Part shown: positions 53,140-62,528 of the stretch, one piece after another
Layout: every line of letters begins with the position of its first letter
How positions within the stretch are numbered: the first letter of the stretch is position 1
Source: an uncultured Chloroflexia bacterium
Lineage (GTDB): Bacteria > Chloroflexota > Limnocylindria > Limnocylindrales > CSP1-4
Direction: 5' to 3'
DNA length: 64,000 nucleotides
Assembly: GCA_963813535.1 (NCBI GenBank)
Contig: CAWEZH010000002.1
Coordinates: forward strand, 512,001 to 576,000
Notes under the pieces: generated by a model
Database searches by the model: none
The model's input: only the letters and a program-made list of their open reading frames with translations
What the model was told of the DNA's origin: nothing
Position numbers and translations under genes: made by a program

Positions 53140-53649
53140 ATGACCGCACGGACCGACCGGATCGATCAGCTGTTGCGTGAGGAGATCGGCTCGATCGTGG
53201 CGCGGGACGTGGCGGATCCACGGATCGGGTTCGCCACGATCACCAAGGTCGAGACGACCCCGGACTTGCGGCATGCCAGGGTGTGGGTGAGCGTCATCGG
53301 GCAGCCGAAGGAACGCTCGCAGACCATCGCGGCACTCGGCCGCGCCATGCCGTTCGTCCGCCACGAGCTCGGCAGGACGCTGCGCCTGAAGCGGATCCCC
53401 GATCTCCACGTGGAGCTCGACGACACCGCCGAACGGGGGACACGCGTGATGCATCTCCTCGACGAGCTTCGGGAGGGGAGCGCGCCCGAGGAGGACCTGC
53501 CGCTCGGCGAGACATTGCCGACGCCGGTCCCCCGGGTCCAACACGACGGCGATACGACCGAGGAGCCACCCTCCGCGGTGATCCCGCCCAAGCCGCGCAA
53601 GCGCCGCGGCCGGGCACTCGTCCAGCGCACGAGCCGGCGGCAGCGATGA
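53140..53649 (+). CDS. rbfA: ribosome-binding factor A
   Basis: RTDRIDQLLREEI, DPRI, V.TTPDLRHARV, LRLKRIP.L. Confidence 0.93.
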   Translation: MTARTDRIDQLLREEIGSIVARDVADPRIGFATITKVETTPDLRHARVWVSVIGQPKERSQTIAALGRAMPFVRHELGRTLRLKRIPDLHVELDDTAERGTRVMHLLDELREGSAPEEDLPLGETLPTPVPRVQHDGDTTEEPPSAVIPPKPRKRRGRALVQRTSRRQR

Positions 53650-54662
53650 CGGTGGATCTCACGCCCTTCCTCGGTACCGTGCCGGACGTCGTCGTCGAGC
53701 GGATCCGCACCGCCAAGCGCGTGCTGGCCGTCGGTCACGAGAACCCCGATGCGGACACGGTCGGGGCAAGCCTCAGCGTCGTCCGCATCATCGAGCGGTT
53801 CGGTGGCACGGCGGATCCTGTCTGCAGCGACCCCGTGCCGCCGCATTACGACTTCCTCGAGGGCGTGGAACGGTTCCGGACGGACCCGGACCCGGACGCC
53901 GACTACGACCTGCTCGTTGTCTCCGATTGCGCTACGTTCGATCGCGTCGGGGCCGTGGGCGAGCGTCACCGCGACCTGTTCGACCGCCTGCCGCGCGTCG
54001 TCATCGACCACCACGCGTCGAACGAGGCACTCGCCGAAGCCGACTGGATCGAGCCGGACGCCGCGGCGACCTGCGAGATGGTGGCGCTGCTGGCGACGTG
54101 TCTCGGCATCCCGCTCGAATCGGAACCGGGGCTCGCGACCGCGTTGATGGCCGGCATCGTGATGGACACCGCGACCTTCGCGCATCCGAACGCGACGCCG
54201 CGGACACTGGCGGTCTCGGCGGCCCTTCTGGAGGCCGGTGCGCCGCTCTCCGAGATCTCCCGTCGCCTGTATCGCTCGAAGCCGGCCGAGCAACTGCGTC
54301 TCTTCGGACGGGTCCTCGATCGGATGGAGACCTTCGACGAGGGGCGGGTCGTCGCCTCGACGCTGTTCGATTCCGACGTCAAGGCGGTCGGGGCCGCGCC
54401 GCCGCACTCGGAAGGGATCATCGACATGCTGGCGCAGGCGGATGGCGCCGAGGTGGCGATCCTGTTCAAGGAGGCGGGCGAGGCGACTCGCATCAGCGTC
54501 CGGACCAAGCCCGGTGGCGTCGATGCGACCGTCCTCACCGGGCTGTTCGGCGGCGGCGGGCATGCACGGGCGTCGGGTGCGACCGTGCAGCTTCCGATCG
54601 ATCGGGCGCACGACGCCGTGCTTGCCGAGGCTCGAAAGGCCGCGGCGGCCGTCGCGCGCTGA
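53646..54662 (+). CDS. nrnA: DHH/DHHA1 family nanoRNase/pAp phosphatase
   Basis: HENPDAD, IDHH, MDT, GGGGHARASG. Confidence 0.9.
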   Translation: MTVDLTPFLGTVPDVVVERIRTAKRVLAVGHENPDADTVGASLSVVRIIERFGGTADPVCSDPVPPHYDFLEGVERFRTDPDPDADYDLLVVSDCATFDRVGAVGERHRDLFDRLPRVVIDHHASNEALAEADWIEPDAAATCEMVALLATCLGIPLESEPGLATALMAGIVMDTATFAHPNATPRTLAVSAALLEAGAPLSEISRRLYRSKPAEQLRLFGRVLDRMETFDEGRVVASTLFDSDVKAVGAAPPHSEGIIDMLAQADGAEVAILFKEAGEATRISVRTKPGGVDATVLTGLFGGGGHARASGATVQLPIDRAHDAVLAEARKAAAAVAR

Positions 54663-54663
54663 C

Positions 54664-55623
54664 GTGGCCCGCGCGTCGCTCGGGCCGGGGCTGGACGGCA
54701 TCCTCATCGTCGACAAGCCGATCGGTCCGACATCCCACGACATCGTCGGCCTGATCCGACGGCTCGCGGCGACGAAGCGCGTGGGTCATGGCGGCACGCT
54801 GGATCCGTTCGCCTCCGGGGTCCTGCCGGTGTTCCTGGGCCGGGCGACCCGCGTCGTCGAGTTCCACCTCGGCGATCGGAAGGCGTACCGGGCGACGATC
54901 TGCTTCGGCGCCGCATCGACCACGGATGACCTGGAGGGCGAGCTGACGCCGGCCGAGGGTCCGGCTCCGGGCCGTGACCGCGTCGAGGCGGCGCTCGCTA
55001 GGTTCATCGGCACGCTCGCACAGCGACCGCCCGCGTACTCCGCGATCAAGGTCGGCGGGCGGCGGGCATACGCGATGGCCCGCGCGGGCGAGGCGGTCAC
55101 GCTCAAGGACCGTCAGGTCACGATCGACGCGCTCTCGCTCGTGACGTGGGACGACACGGATCCGGAGCGACCGATCGCCATCGTGGACGTGGTCTGCTCC
55201 GCGGGGACGTATGTCCGAGCGCTTGCGCGCGACCTGGGTGAACGGGTCGGCAACGCGGGCTACCTCGGTGCCCTGCGGCGGACGGCAGCCGGACCGTTCG
55301 CCCTCGACGATGCCGTCTCACTCGACGCGGTCCGCGCCGCGGCGGCCGATGGTCCGGAGGGGCTGGACGCCGTGCTCCGTCCGATCGATGAGGGCCTCGA
55401 GCGATTCCCGATCGTCGAGCTCGATGCCCCTGAGGTCGACGCCGTCGCCCATGGGCAGTACGTCAGGCCCGCGGCGGGGATCCCGGCGCCGGCGGACCAC
55501 TATCGACTGCGTTCGCCCGACGGTGTCCTTGTGGCGATCGCCGTTCCGGTCGACGGCGGACGATTGGCACCCGACAAGGTCCTCGTGCCGGCGGGCCCCG
55601 AACCTGCCGGAGCCCGCGCGTGA
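54664..55623 (+). CDS. truB: tRNA pseudouridine55 synthase
   Basis: DKP.GPTSHD, GHGGTLDP, PPAYSAIK, GTYVRALARD. Confidence 0.96.
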   Translation: MARASLGPGLDGILIVDKPIGPTSHDIVGLIRRLAATKRVGHGGTLDPFASGVLPVFLGRATRVVEFHLGDRKAYRATICFGAASTTDDLEGELTPAEGPAPGRDRVEAALARFIGTLAQRPPAYSAIKVGGRRAYAMARAGEAVTLKDRQVTIDALSLVTWDDTDPERPIAIVDVVCSAGTYVRALARDLGERVGNAGYLGALRRTAAGPFALDDAVSLDAVRAAAADGPEGLDAVLRPIDEGLERFPIVELDAPEVDAVAHGQYVRPAAGIPAPADHYRLRSPDGVLVAIAVPVDGGRLAPDKVLVPAGPEPAGARA

Positions 55624-56363
55624 TGGACGTGGTCGCCGGCGTCACGGGGCTGCGGCCGGAGCAAGGACCCATCTTCACGGTCATCGGCGTCTTCGATGGG
55701 CTGCATCGAGGCCATGCCTACCTCCTGGATCGCCTCGTCCAGGAGGCCCGTACCCGCGACGCCCGTCCGTGCGTGATCACGTTCGACCATCATCCCGACG
55801 AGGTGCTCACCGGTTCGGCTCCGCCACTCCTGCTCGACCCCGACGAGCGGATCGAGCGATTGGCCGCCGCGGGTGTCGCGGTGGCGGTCGTCCAACCGTT
55901 CGACGACGTGGTCAGACAGACCTCGTACGAGGACTTCGTCGATCTCATCCGGAGGAACACGGAGTTCCGTGGGTTGGTGATGACACCGGACGCGGCCTTC
56001 GGCTATCAGCGGCAGGGGACACCCGAGGCGCTCCAGACGCTCGGCGCGCGCCTCGGCTTCGACGTCGTCGTGATCGAACCGCTGGTGATCGACGGCGGTC
56101 CAGTCCGTAGCACCGAGATCCGCACGGCCATCGAACGTGGTGACCTGGCCGGCGCCAGTCGGCTGCTCGGCCGGCCGGTGGGCCTTCGAGGTCAGTCCCG
56201 GGACGGCCGGATCAGCTTCGCCTGGCCCATGGCCCTGCCACCGGACGGCGAGTACCGCTGCCGGCTCGACGGTCGGGACGGCATCGCCACGGTGACGGGT
56301 GGTACCGTCCGCGTCCCCGACGGGATCGCCGACGGACCCGTTCGACTGGAGTTCATCACGTGA
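55620..56363 (+). CDS. ribF: FAD synthetase (RibF-like) with degenerate/truncated riboflavin kinase domain
   Basis: IGVFDGLHRGH, TFDHHP, VRSTEIR, LLGRP; no GFPTAN motif; 247 aa. Confidence 0.8.
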   Translation: MMDVVAGVTGLRPEQGPIFTVIGVFDGLHRGHAYLLDRLVQEARTRDARPCVITFDHHPDEVLTGSAPPLLLDPDERIERLAAAGVAVAVVQPFDDVVRQTSYEDFVDLIRRNTEFRGLVMTPDAAFGYQRQGTPEALQTLGARLGFDVVVIEPLVIDGGPVRSTEIRTAIERGDLAGASRLLGRPVGLRGQSRDGRISFAWPMALPPDGEYRCRLDGRDGIATVTGGTVRVPDGIADGPVRLEFIT

Positions 56364-56875
56364 CCGATACGCGCTGGCACCTCGCGCAGCTCAACGTGGG
56401 CCGCCTGGTCGCCCCGGTCGGATCAGCCGTGATCGAGGGCTTCCGGGTCCAGCTCGAGCCGATCAACGCCCTGGCCGACACCCATCCCGGGTTCGTATGG
56501 CGCCTCCAGACCGACGCCGGCGACGCCACCTCGATCCGCCCGACCGAGGACGACCTGTTCCTCATCAACATGAGCGTGTGGACGTCGCTCGAGGCACTCC
56601 GCGCGTTCACCTACACGACGGACCATGTCCAGGTGCTGCGCCAGCGCCGGTCCTGGTTCGAGCAGCTCGCCTCGGCGCACCTGGTCCTGTGGTGGGTGCC
56701 GGCCGGCCATATCCCGACCGTCGATGAGGCGATGGAGCGGCTGGATCGAATCCGTCGCGACGGACCGACACCCGCCGGATTCACGTTCCGCTCACCATTC
56801 GCGCCCGAGGCGGATCACCCGGGCGAGTCACTTGTCGACGCGGAGTTCTGCTGGCCCGAGCTCGCGGCGTCCTGA
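56360..56875 (+). CDS. DUF3291 family protein
   Basis: HLAQLN, INALA...PGFVWRL, NMSVW, RR.WF, VLWWV..GH.P, GPT..FTF. Confidence 0.85.
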   Translation: MTDTRWHLAQLNVGRLVAPVGSAVIEGFRVQLEPINALADTHPGFVWRLQTDAGDATSIRPTEDDLFLINMSVWTSLEALRAFTYTTDHVQVLRQRRSWFEQLASAHLVLWWVPAGHIPTVDEAMERLDRIRRDGPTPAGFTFRSPFAPEADHPGESLVDAEFCWPELAAS

Positions 56876-56880
56876 GCGGC

Positions 56881-57444
56881 CTACAGCCCCGGCTGCCAGA
56901 GGGGCTCGTCGATGCCACGTTCGAGGTTCTCGTAGCGCGCCATGACGAAGAGCGCGTCCGACAGGCGGTTGAGATAGGGCAGGACAAGCTTGCCGATCGC
57001 CTCCTCGCGCGCCAACGTGATGGTCTCGCGTTCCGCTCGCCGGCAGATGGTCCGAGCCACATGGAGTTGTGCCGCGCCTGGGGCGCCGCCCGGCAGCAGG
57101 AAGTTCGTCAACGGTCCGACGCGCTCGTTCAGCTCGTCGATGAGCCCTTCCAGCCGCTCGACGTGCCGCGGTTGGACGGTCGGGATCCGGGCGCGCCGGC
57201 CGTCATCGTTCGGCCAGCACAGGTCCGATCCGAGGTCGAACAGCTCGTTCTGGATGCCCGCGAGCTCCGTCGCGAGCCGTTCCGAGAGGCCCAGCGCCAG
57301 CGCGACGCCGATGGCCGAGTTCAGCTCATCCACCGTCCCGTATGCACGGACCCGCGCCGAATCCTTCGGTACGCGCCGCCCGCCACCGAGCCCGGTCAGC
57401 CCTTCGTCGCCGGTCTTCGTGTAGATCTTGGTGAGCCGCGGCAT
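56881..57444 (-). CDS. pduO: PduO-type cob(I)alamin adenosyltransferase
   Basis: [41 protein letters not shown]. Confidence 0.93.
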   Translation of the reverse strand: MPRLTKIYTKTGDEGLTGLGGGRRVPKDSARVRAYGTVDELNSAIGVALALGLSERLATELAGIQNELFDLGSDLCWPNDDGRRARIPTVQPRHVERLEGLIDELNERVGPLTNFLLPGGAPGAAQLHVARTICRRAERETITLAREEAIGKLVLPYLNRLSDALFVMARYENLERGIDEPLWQPGL

Positions 57445-57509
57445 GACCGCAGGATAGTCGAGCGTGCGGGCGACACGGGTCCGCGCGCGTGGCGCGTTCC
57501 GGGTCGCTC

Positions 57510-57518
57510 TGCTACCAT
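57510..57518 (+). promoter_or_regulatory. putative extended -10 element TG-C-TACCAT for rpsO-pnp
   Basis: About 50 nt upstream of the rpsO start. Confidence 0.5.
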
Positions 57519-57568
57519 CCGCCGGTCATAGAGGTAGAAAGAAGCAACAGTTCGTGTCGGAGGACCGA

Positions 57569-57838
57569 GTGCCGCTCGCGCGGGAACAGAAGCAGGAGAT
57601 CATCGTCGGGTACGCCACAAAGGATGGCGATACCGGCTCGCCGGAGGTCCAGATCGCGCTCTTGACCGAGCGCATCAAGGAGCTCACGGACCATCTTCGA
57701 CGCTTCCCCAAGGACAACCATTCGCGTCGCGGCCTCCTCAAGCTCGTCGGCCAGCGCCGCCGCCTTCTCGCGTATCTCATGAAGAAGGACAGCGCGCGCT
57801 ACCGGACCGTCATCGGACGGCTCGGACTCCGCCGCTAG
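57569..57838 (+). CDS. rpsO: 30S ribosomal protein S15
   Basis: [32 protein letters not shown]; GGAGG SD before GTG 57569. Confidence 0.97.
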   Translation: MPLAREQKQEIIVGYATKDGDTGSPEVQIALLTERIKELTDHLRRFPKDNHSRRGLLKLVGQRRRLLAYLMKKDSARYRTVIGRLGLRR

Positions 57839-57959
57839 GTCGCCGCTCACGGATCTCGGGCCGATCGCCCGGGGTCCTCGCACACACGGCGCCAGCTGCG
57901 AAGCAGGCTGACCCGCCCGCGGGTCGTTCACTCCTCCACGACAAGGAGGATCGTTTCCC

Positions 57960-60548
57960 TTGTCTCAGACATTCGAGACACAGCTCGGTGGTCGCACGCT
58001 GACCATCGAGACCGGCAAGCTCGCACGGCTCGCCGGCGGCTCCGTCACCGTCCGCTACGGCGACACCATGGTGCTCGGCACCGCCAACCGCTCCGAGCCG
58101 CGGCCCGGGCTCGACTTCTTCCCGCTCACCGTCGATTTCGAGGAGCGCATGTACGCCGCGGGCAAGATCCCGGGCGGCTTCATCAAGCGCGAGGCCCGTC
58201 CATCGGAGAACGCGATCCTCGCGGCCCGACAGACGGACCGGCCCATCCGCCCGCTCTTCCCCGAGGGCTACAAGGACGATGTCCAGCTGGTCATCACGGT
58301 CCTGTCGACCGACCAGGAGAATCTCCCTGACGTCATCGGCACGATCGCGGCATCGACGGCGCTGACCATCAGCGAGATCCCGTTCAACGGCCCCGTCGCA
58401 TCGGTCCGCGTGGGCCGCATCGACGGCGAGTTCGTCGTCAACCCGGTCTTCAGCCAGCTCGCCGATTCGGAGCTGGACCTGATCGTCGCCGGCACGCGCG
58501 ACGCGATCATGATGGTCGAGGCCGGCGCCAAGCTCCTGCCCGAGGACGTGATGGCCGAGGCCATCCTGTTCGGGCATCGCGCCCTGCAGCCGATCGTCGA
58601 TCTCCAGGAGGAGATCCAGAAGGCCGTCGGCAAGGCCAAGCGCATCCCGTACCTCGAGCCGACGACAGGTTCCGTGCTCGAATTCGCCTCCGCGACGGAC
58701 GCGAAGCGAGAACTCGTCGTCATCGACACCGAGACGACGGGCACCGATCCCAAGATGTCCGACCTGCTCGAGGTCGCCGCGGTGAAGGTCAAGGGCACCG
58801 AGATCGTCGATCGCTGGTCGACCTTCGTGAACCCGGGCCGGCCCATCGTCGGCAACCAGATGCACGGCATCACCGACAAGGACGTCCAGGGCGCACCGAG
58901 CCCGCGCGAGGCCGCGGATCAGCTGCTTGCCTTCGTGGGCGAGGCGAAGATCGTCGGCCACAACGTGGGCTTCGACCTCGGCTTCATCGAGGAGGCCAAG
59001 GGCGACGGGTTCCGGTTCCAGCCCGGCACCTACCTCGACACCCTGACCATCGCCCGCGAGGGCTATCCCGGGGCCGAGTCGTACAAGCTCGGTGACCTGG
59101 CGCGCTTCTTCGGCGTCGAACTGAGCCAGGGCCATCGGGCGCTGCCGGATGCCGAGGCGACCGCGAGCCTCCTGATCTGGTTCGCGAACGATCTGCCCGG
59201 CCGGATCTCGACCCTCCGGACGGCCATCGCCGACGCGGTCCGCGCCCAGCGCTCGGGTGGCGATACGACCAGCCTGCTCGAATCGGCGCGCCGCGATGCA
59301 CGCGTGAGCAAGAGCCTGTTCAGCCTCATCCAGAAGAAGACGGTCCGTCAGCTCGTCCTCGACGAGGGCATCCGCATCGACGGGCGCGGTCTCACCGAGA
59401 TCCGGCCCATCAGCGTCGAAGTCGGGCTCGTCCCGCGCGCCCATGGCTCGGGCCTGTTCACGCGTGGTGAGACGCAGGCGCTGACGGTCGCCACGCTCGG
59501 CTCGTCCTCGGACGTGCAGCGGATCGACACGATCAGCCCGGAGACCGAGAAGCGCTACCTCCACCACTACAACTTCCCGCCGTACAGCACGGGCGAGAAC
59601 AAGATGATGCGCGGGCCCAGCCGGCGTGACATCGGCCACGGCCATCTCGCCGAGCGTGCGCTCGTGCCGGTCCTTCCGGACCACGACGAGTTCCCGTACG
59701 TGATCCGTCTCGTCAGCGAGTGCGTGACCTCGAACGGCTCGACCTCGATGGCCTCGACCTGCGGATCGACCCTCGCACTCATGGATGCCGGCGTGCCGAT
59801 CAAGGCACCGGTGGCCGGCGCGGCGATGGGTCTCATCAGCGAGCCCGACGGCCGGTACGTCGTCATGACCGACATCCTCGGCAAGGAGGACTCGATCGGC
59901 GACATGGACTTCAAGGTGACCGGAACACGGGACGGCGTGACCGCCCTGCAGATGGACATCAAGGTCCAGGGCATCAGCGAGGCGATCATCCGCGATGGCC
60001 TCAAGCAGGCCCTCGCGGCTCGGCTCGAGATCCTCGACAAGATGACGGCCGTCCTGCCCGAGTCGCGCGAGGAGATGAGCGACTTCGCACCGCGCATCAT
60101 CACGATCAAGATCAACCCGGAGAAGATCCGCGACATCATCGGCAAGGGCGGCTCCATGATCCGCAAGATCCAGGAGGAGACCCAGACCGAGATCAACGTC
60201 GAGGACGACGGGACGGTCGAGATCGCCGCGGTGTCGGGTGAGAACTCGCGCAAGGCGATCCAGTGGATCGAGAGCCTGACCCGCGAGGTCGAGATCGGTG
60301 CGCTGTACCTCGGCAAGGTCACCCGGATCATGGGTTTCGGGGCCTTCGTCGAGATCCTGCCCGGCAAGGAAGGCCTGGTCCGCATCGGCGAGCTGGCCGA
60401 CTACCACGTGCCCACTGTCGAGGACGTCGTGTCCGTCGGCGATGAGGTGATGGTCGTCGTGACCGAGATCGACCGACAGGGCCGCGTCAACCTGTCGCGC
60501 AAGGCCGCGATGCAGCGCCACCTGGCAAAGGAGCCCGTCGAGGCGTGA
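57960..60548 (+). CDS. pnp: polyribonucleotide nucleotidyltransferase (PNPase) with inserted DEDDh 3'-5' exonuclease domain
   Basis: RPH1 ([27 protein letters not shown]), DEDDh insert, RPH2 ([39 protein letters not shown]), KH (IIGKGG), S1 (FGAFVE). Confidence 0.96.
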   Translation: MSQTFETQLGGRTLTIETGKLARLAGGSVTVRYGDTMVLGTANRSEPRPGLDFFPLTVDFEERMYAAGKIPGGFIKREARPSENAILAARQTDRPIRPLFPEGYKDDVQLVITVLSTDQENLPDVIGTIAASTALTISEIPFNGPVASVRVGRIDGEFVVNPVFSQLADSELDLIVAGTRDAIMMVEAGAKLLPEDVMAEAILFGHRALQPIVDLQEEIQKAVGKAKRIPYLEPTTGSVLEFASATDAKRELVVIDTETTGTDPKMSDLLEVAAVKVKGTEIVDRWSTFVNPGRPIVGNQMHGITDKDVQGAPSPREAADQLLAFVGEAKIVGHNVGFDLGFIEEAKGDGFRFQPGTYLDTLTIAREGYPGAESYKLGDLARFFGVELSQGHRALPDAEATASLLIWFANDLPGRISTLRTAIADAVRAQRSGGDTTSLLESARRDARVSKSLFSLIQKKTVRQLVLDEGIRIDGRGLTEIRPISVEVGLVPRAHGSGLFTRGETQALTVATLGSSSDVQRIDTISPETEKRYLHHYNFPPYSTGENKMMRGPSRRDIGHGHLAERALVPVLPDHDEFPYVIRLVSECVTSNGSTSMASTCGSTLALMDAGVPIKAPVAGAAMGLISEPDGRYVVMTDILGKEDSIGDMDFKVTGTRDGVTALQMDIKVQGISEAIIRDGLKQALAARLEILDKMTAVLPESREEMSDFAPRIITIKINPEKIRDIIGKGGSMIRKIQEETQTEINVEDDGTVEIAAVSGENSRKAIQWIESLTREVEIGALYLGKVTRIMGFGAFVEILPGKEGLVRIGELADYHVPTVEDVVSVGDEVMVVVTEIDRQGRVNLSRKAAMQRHLAKEPVEA

Positions 60549-60552
60549 CGTT

Positions 60553-60590
60553 CCGGCGTCGGGGACCAGCCGGGCTGGTCTCCACGCCGG
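60553..60590 (+). terminator. long GC-rich hairpin after pnp
   Basis: CCGGCGT-C-GGGGACCAGCC-G-GGCTGGTCTCC-ACGCCGG, with no U tail. Confidence 0.5.
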
Positions 60591-60657
60591 TCCCGGCTTG
60601 CGGGGCCCTCGTGCTGGGGCCGCGTCTGCCAGCCCGTCCGGAGCCGTCGGGACCCGC

Positions 60658-60666
60658 TGCTATACT
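60658..60666 (+). promoter_or_regulatory. putative extended -10 element TG-C-TATACT for asd
   Basis: Near-consensus element about 40 nt upstream of the ATG. Confidence 0.6.
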
Positions 60667-60704
60667 CCCGCCGTGCCCGACCTGATCAAGACCACAGCGG
60701 AGCC

Positions 60705-61778
60705 ATGCCCAACGTGACCAGCAAACCTCTCACGGTCGCGATCGTCGGCGCTACCGGGGTCGTCGGCGGGACGATGATCCGGATGCTGCTCGAGCGCGAG
60801 TTCCCGTTCGGGGAACTGCGCCTGCTGGCCAGCGCACGCAGCGCCGGCACCGAGGTCGACGTGGCCGGCACGAGACACACCGTGCAGGAAGCGACGCCCG
60901 ACGCCTTCGAGGGCGTCGACATCGCGCTGTTCAGCGCCGGTGGCGATACGTCCAAGGCGCTCGCGCCCGAGGCGGCCAGGCGCGGCACGACCGTGATCGA
61001 CAACTCGAGCGCATGGCGGATGGACCCGACCGTGCCGCTCGTGGTCAGCCAGGTCAACCCGGATGACCTCGGATGGCACGAGGGCATCGTCGCCAACCCG
61101 AACTGCTCGACGATGCAGCTCGTGCCGGTCCTGATGGCGCTGCGCGATGCCGTCGGGCTCGAGCGCGTCGTCATCGACACATACCAGGCGGTCTCGGGAA
61201 CCGGTGGCAAGGCCATCACCGAGCTCCAGCGCCAGGTCGAGGCACACGTCAACGACGAGCCCCTGAGCGCGACGGTCTACCCGCACCAGATCGCGTTCAA
61301 CGCCCTGCCGCAGGTCGATGTCTTCCTCGACAACGGCTACACCAAGGAGGAGTGGAAGGTCGTCACGGAGAGCCGCAAGATCCTGCACCTGCCGGACCTG
61401 CGCATCTCGTGCACAGCCGTTCGTGTCCCCGTCTTCGTCGCTCACTCCGAGGCCGTCCACGTCGAGACCATCGACCCGATCACGCCCGAGCGCGCACGCA
61501 CGCTGTTCGCGGCCGTGCCTGGCGTCGTCGTCCAGGACGATCCAGGCACCTCGACGTACCCGCTCGCGACGCAGGCCGCCGGGAGCGACGAGGTCTACGT
61601 CGGTCGGGTTCGCCAGGACGCGTCGATCCCCGCGGGCCGCGGCCTTGCCTTCTGGGTCGTCAGCGACAACCTGCGCAAGGGCGCCGCCACGAACGCCGTC
61701 GAACTTGCCGAGATCTTGGTCGACCGCGGGTGGGTCAAGGCCGCCGCGACACGGGACGCGGCCGGATCCCCGGCGTGA
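60705..61778 (+). CDS. asd: aspartate-semialdehyde dehydrogenase
   Basis: VGATGVVG, IDNSSAWRM, ANPNCST, TYQAVSG, DNLRKGAATNA. Confidence 0.97.
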   Translation: MPNVTSKPLTVAIVGATGVVGGTMIRMLLEREFPFGELRLLASARSAGTEVDVAGTRHTVQEATPDAFEGVDIALFSAGGDTSKALAPEAARRGTTVIDNSSAWRMDPTVPLVVSQVNPDDLGWHEGIVANPNCSTMQLVPVLMALRDAVGLERVVIDTYQAVSGTGGKAITELQRQVEAHVNDEPLSATVYPHQIAFNALPQVDVFLDNGYTKEEWKVVTESRKILHLPDLRISCTAVRVPVFVAHSEAVHVETIDPITPERARTLFAAVPGVVVQDDPGTSTYPLATQAAGSDEVYVGRVRQDASIPAGRGLAFWVVSDNLRKGAATNAVELAEILVDRGWVKAAATRDAAGSPA

Positions 61779-62509
61779 CCGACGCCGAGCGCCGTGCGGC
61801 GCTCGAGGCGATCGCCGCGGAGGTCCGCGATTGCACCCGCTGCCGACTCCACGAGACGCGGACGCACGCGGTGCCTGGCGAGGGCGACCCGTCGACCGAG
61901 GTCGTGTGCGTCGGTGAGGGCCCCGGTCAGAACGAGGACCGGGAGGGCCGACCGTTCGTGGGTCGCGCCGGTGGCCTGCTCGTGAACCTCCTCGGGCACA
62001 TCGGCTGGACGCGCGACGACGTGTTCATCACGAACATCGTCAAGTGCCGCCCGCCCGGCAACCGCGACCCGGAACCCGACGAGGTCGCCGCCTGCGCGCC
62101 GTACCTCCGCCGCCAGCTCGAAGTGCTCGACCCGGCCGTCGTGGTGACCCTCGGTCGCCATTCGATGGGCCGCTTCATGCCGGGCGCCCGCATCTCGCAG
62201 GCGCACGGCACGACCCGACCTGCCGATCCGGCGACGGGTGCCCCCGATGCCACGGTCTTCGCCATGTACCACCCGGCCGCGGCCCTGCGCACGCCGGCGA
62301 TCGAGCGAGAGTCGTACGAGGATGTCGCCCGCATCCCTGGCGTCCTGATCGAAGCGCGGGAGCGCCGCCGCGAGCACCGTTCGGCCGCCCGGGACGCCGC
62401 CCGTGCCGCTGCCGAGGGAGCGGGTGCGGCGCCTCGGACCGCAGCGACCATGGCGAGGGTCGCCGGCGCCGACCCGGACGACACGACCGACCAACTCACC
62501 ATCTTCTGA
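61775..62509 (+). CDS. uracil-DNA glycosylase family 4 ([4Fe-4S])
   Basis: CTRCRL, GEGPG..ED..GRPFVG, NIVKCRPP.NR.P, YHPAA. Confidence 0.93.
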   Translation: MTDAERRAALEAIAAEVRDCTRCRLHETRTHAVPGEGDPSTEVVCVGEGPGQNEDREGRPFVGRAGGLLVNLLGHIGWTRDDVFITNIVKCRPPGNRDPEPDEVAACAPYLRRQLEVLDPAVVVTLGRHSMGRFMPGARISQAHGTTRPADPATGAPDATVFAMYHPAAALRTPAIERESYEDVARIPGVLIEARERRREHRSAARDAARAAAEGAGAAPRTAATMARVAGADPDDTTDQLTIF

Positions 62510-62528
62510 CACACACGACAAGGATTTC

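Noticed and set aside
58644-59372. PNPase insert as an intein or mobile element
   Set aside because: There are no C/S...HN splice motifs, no LAGLIDADG/HNH motifs and no flanking repeats. The motifs are those of a DEDDh exonuclease.
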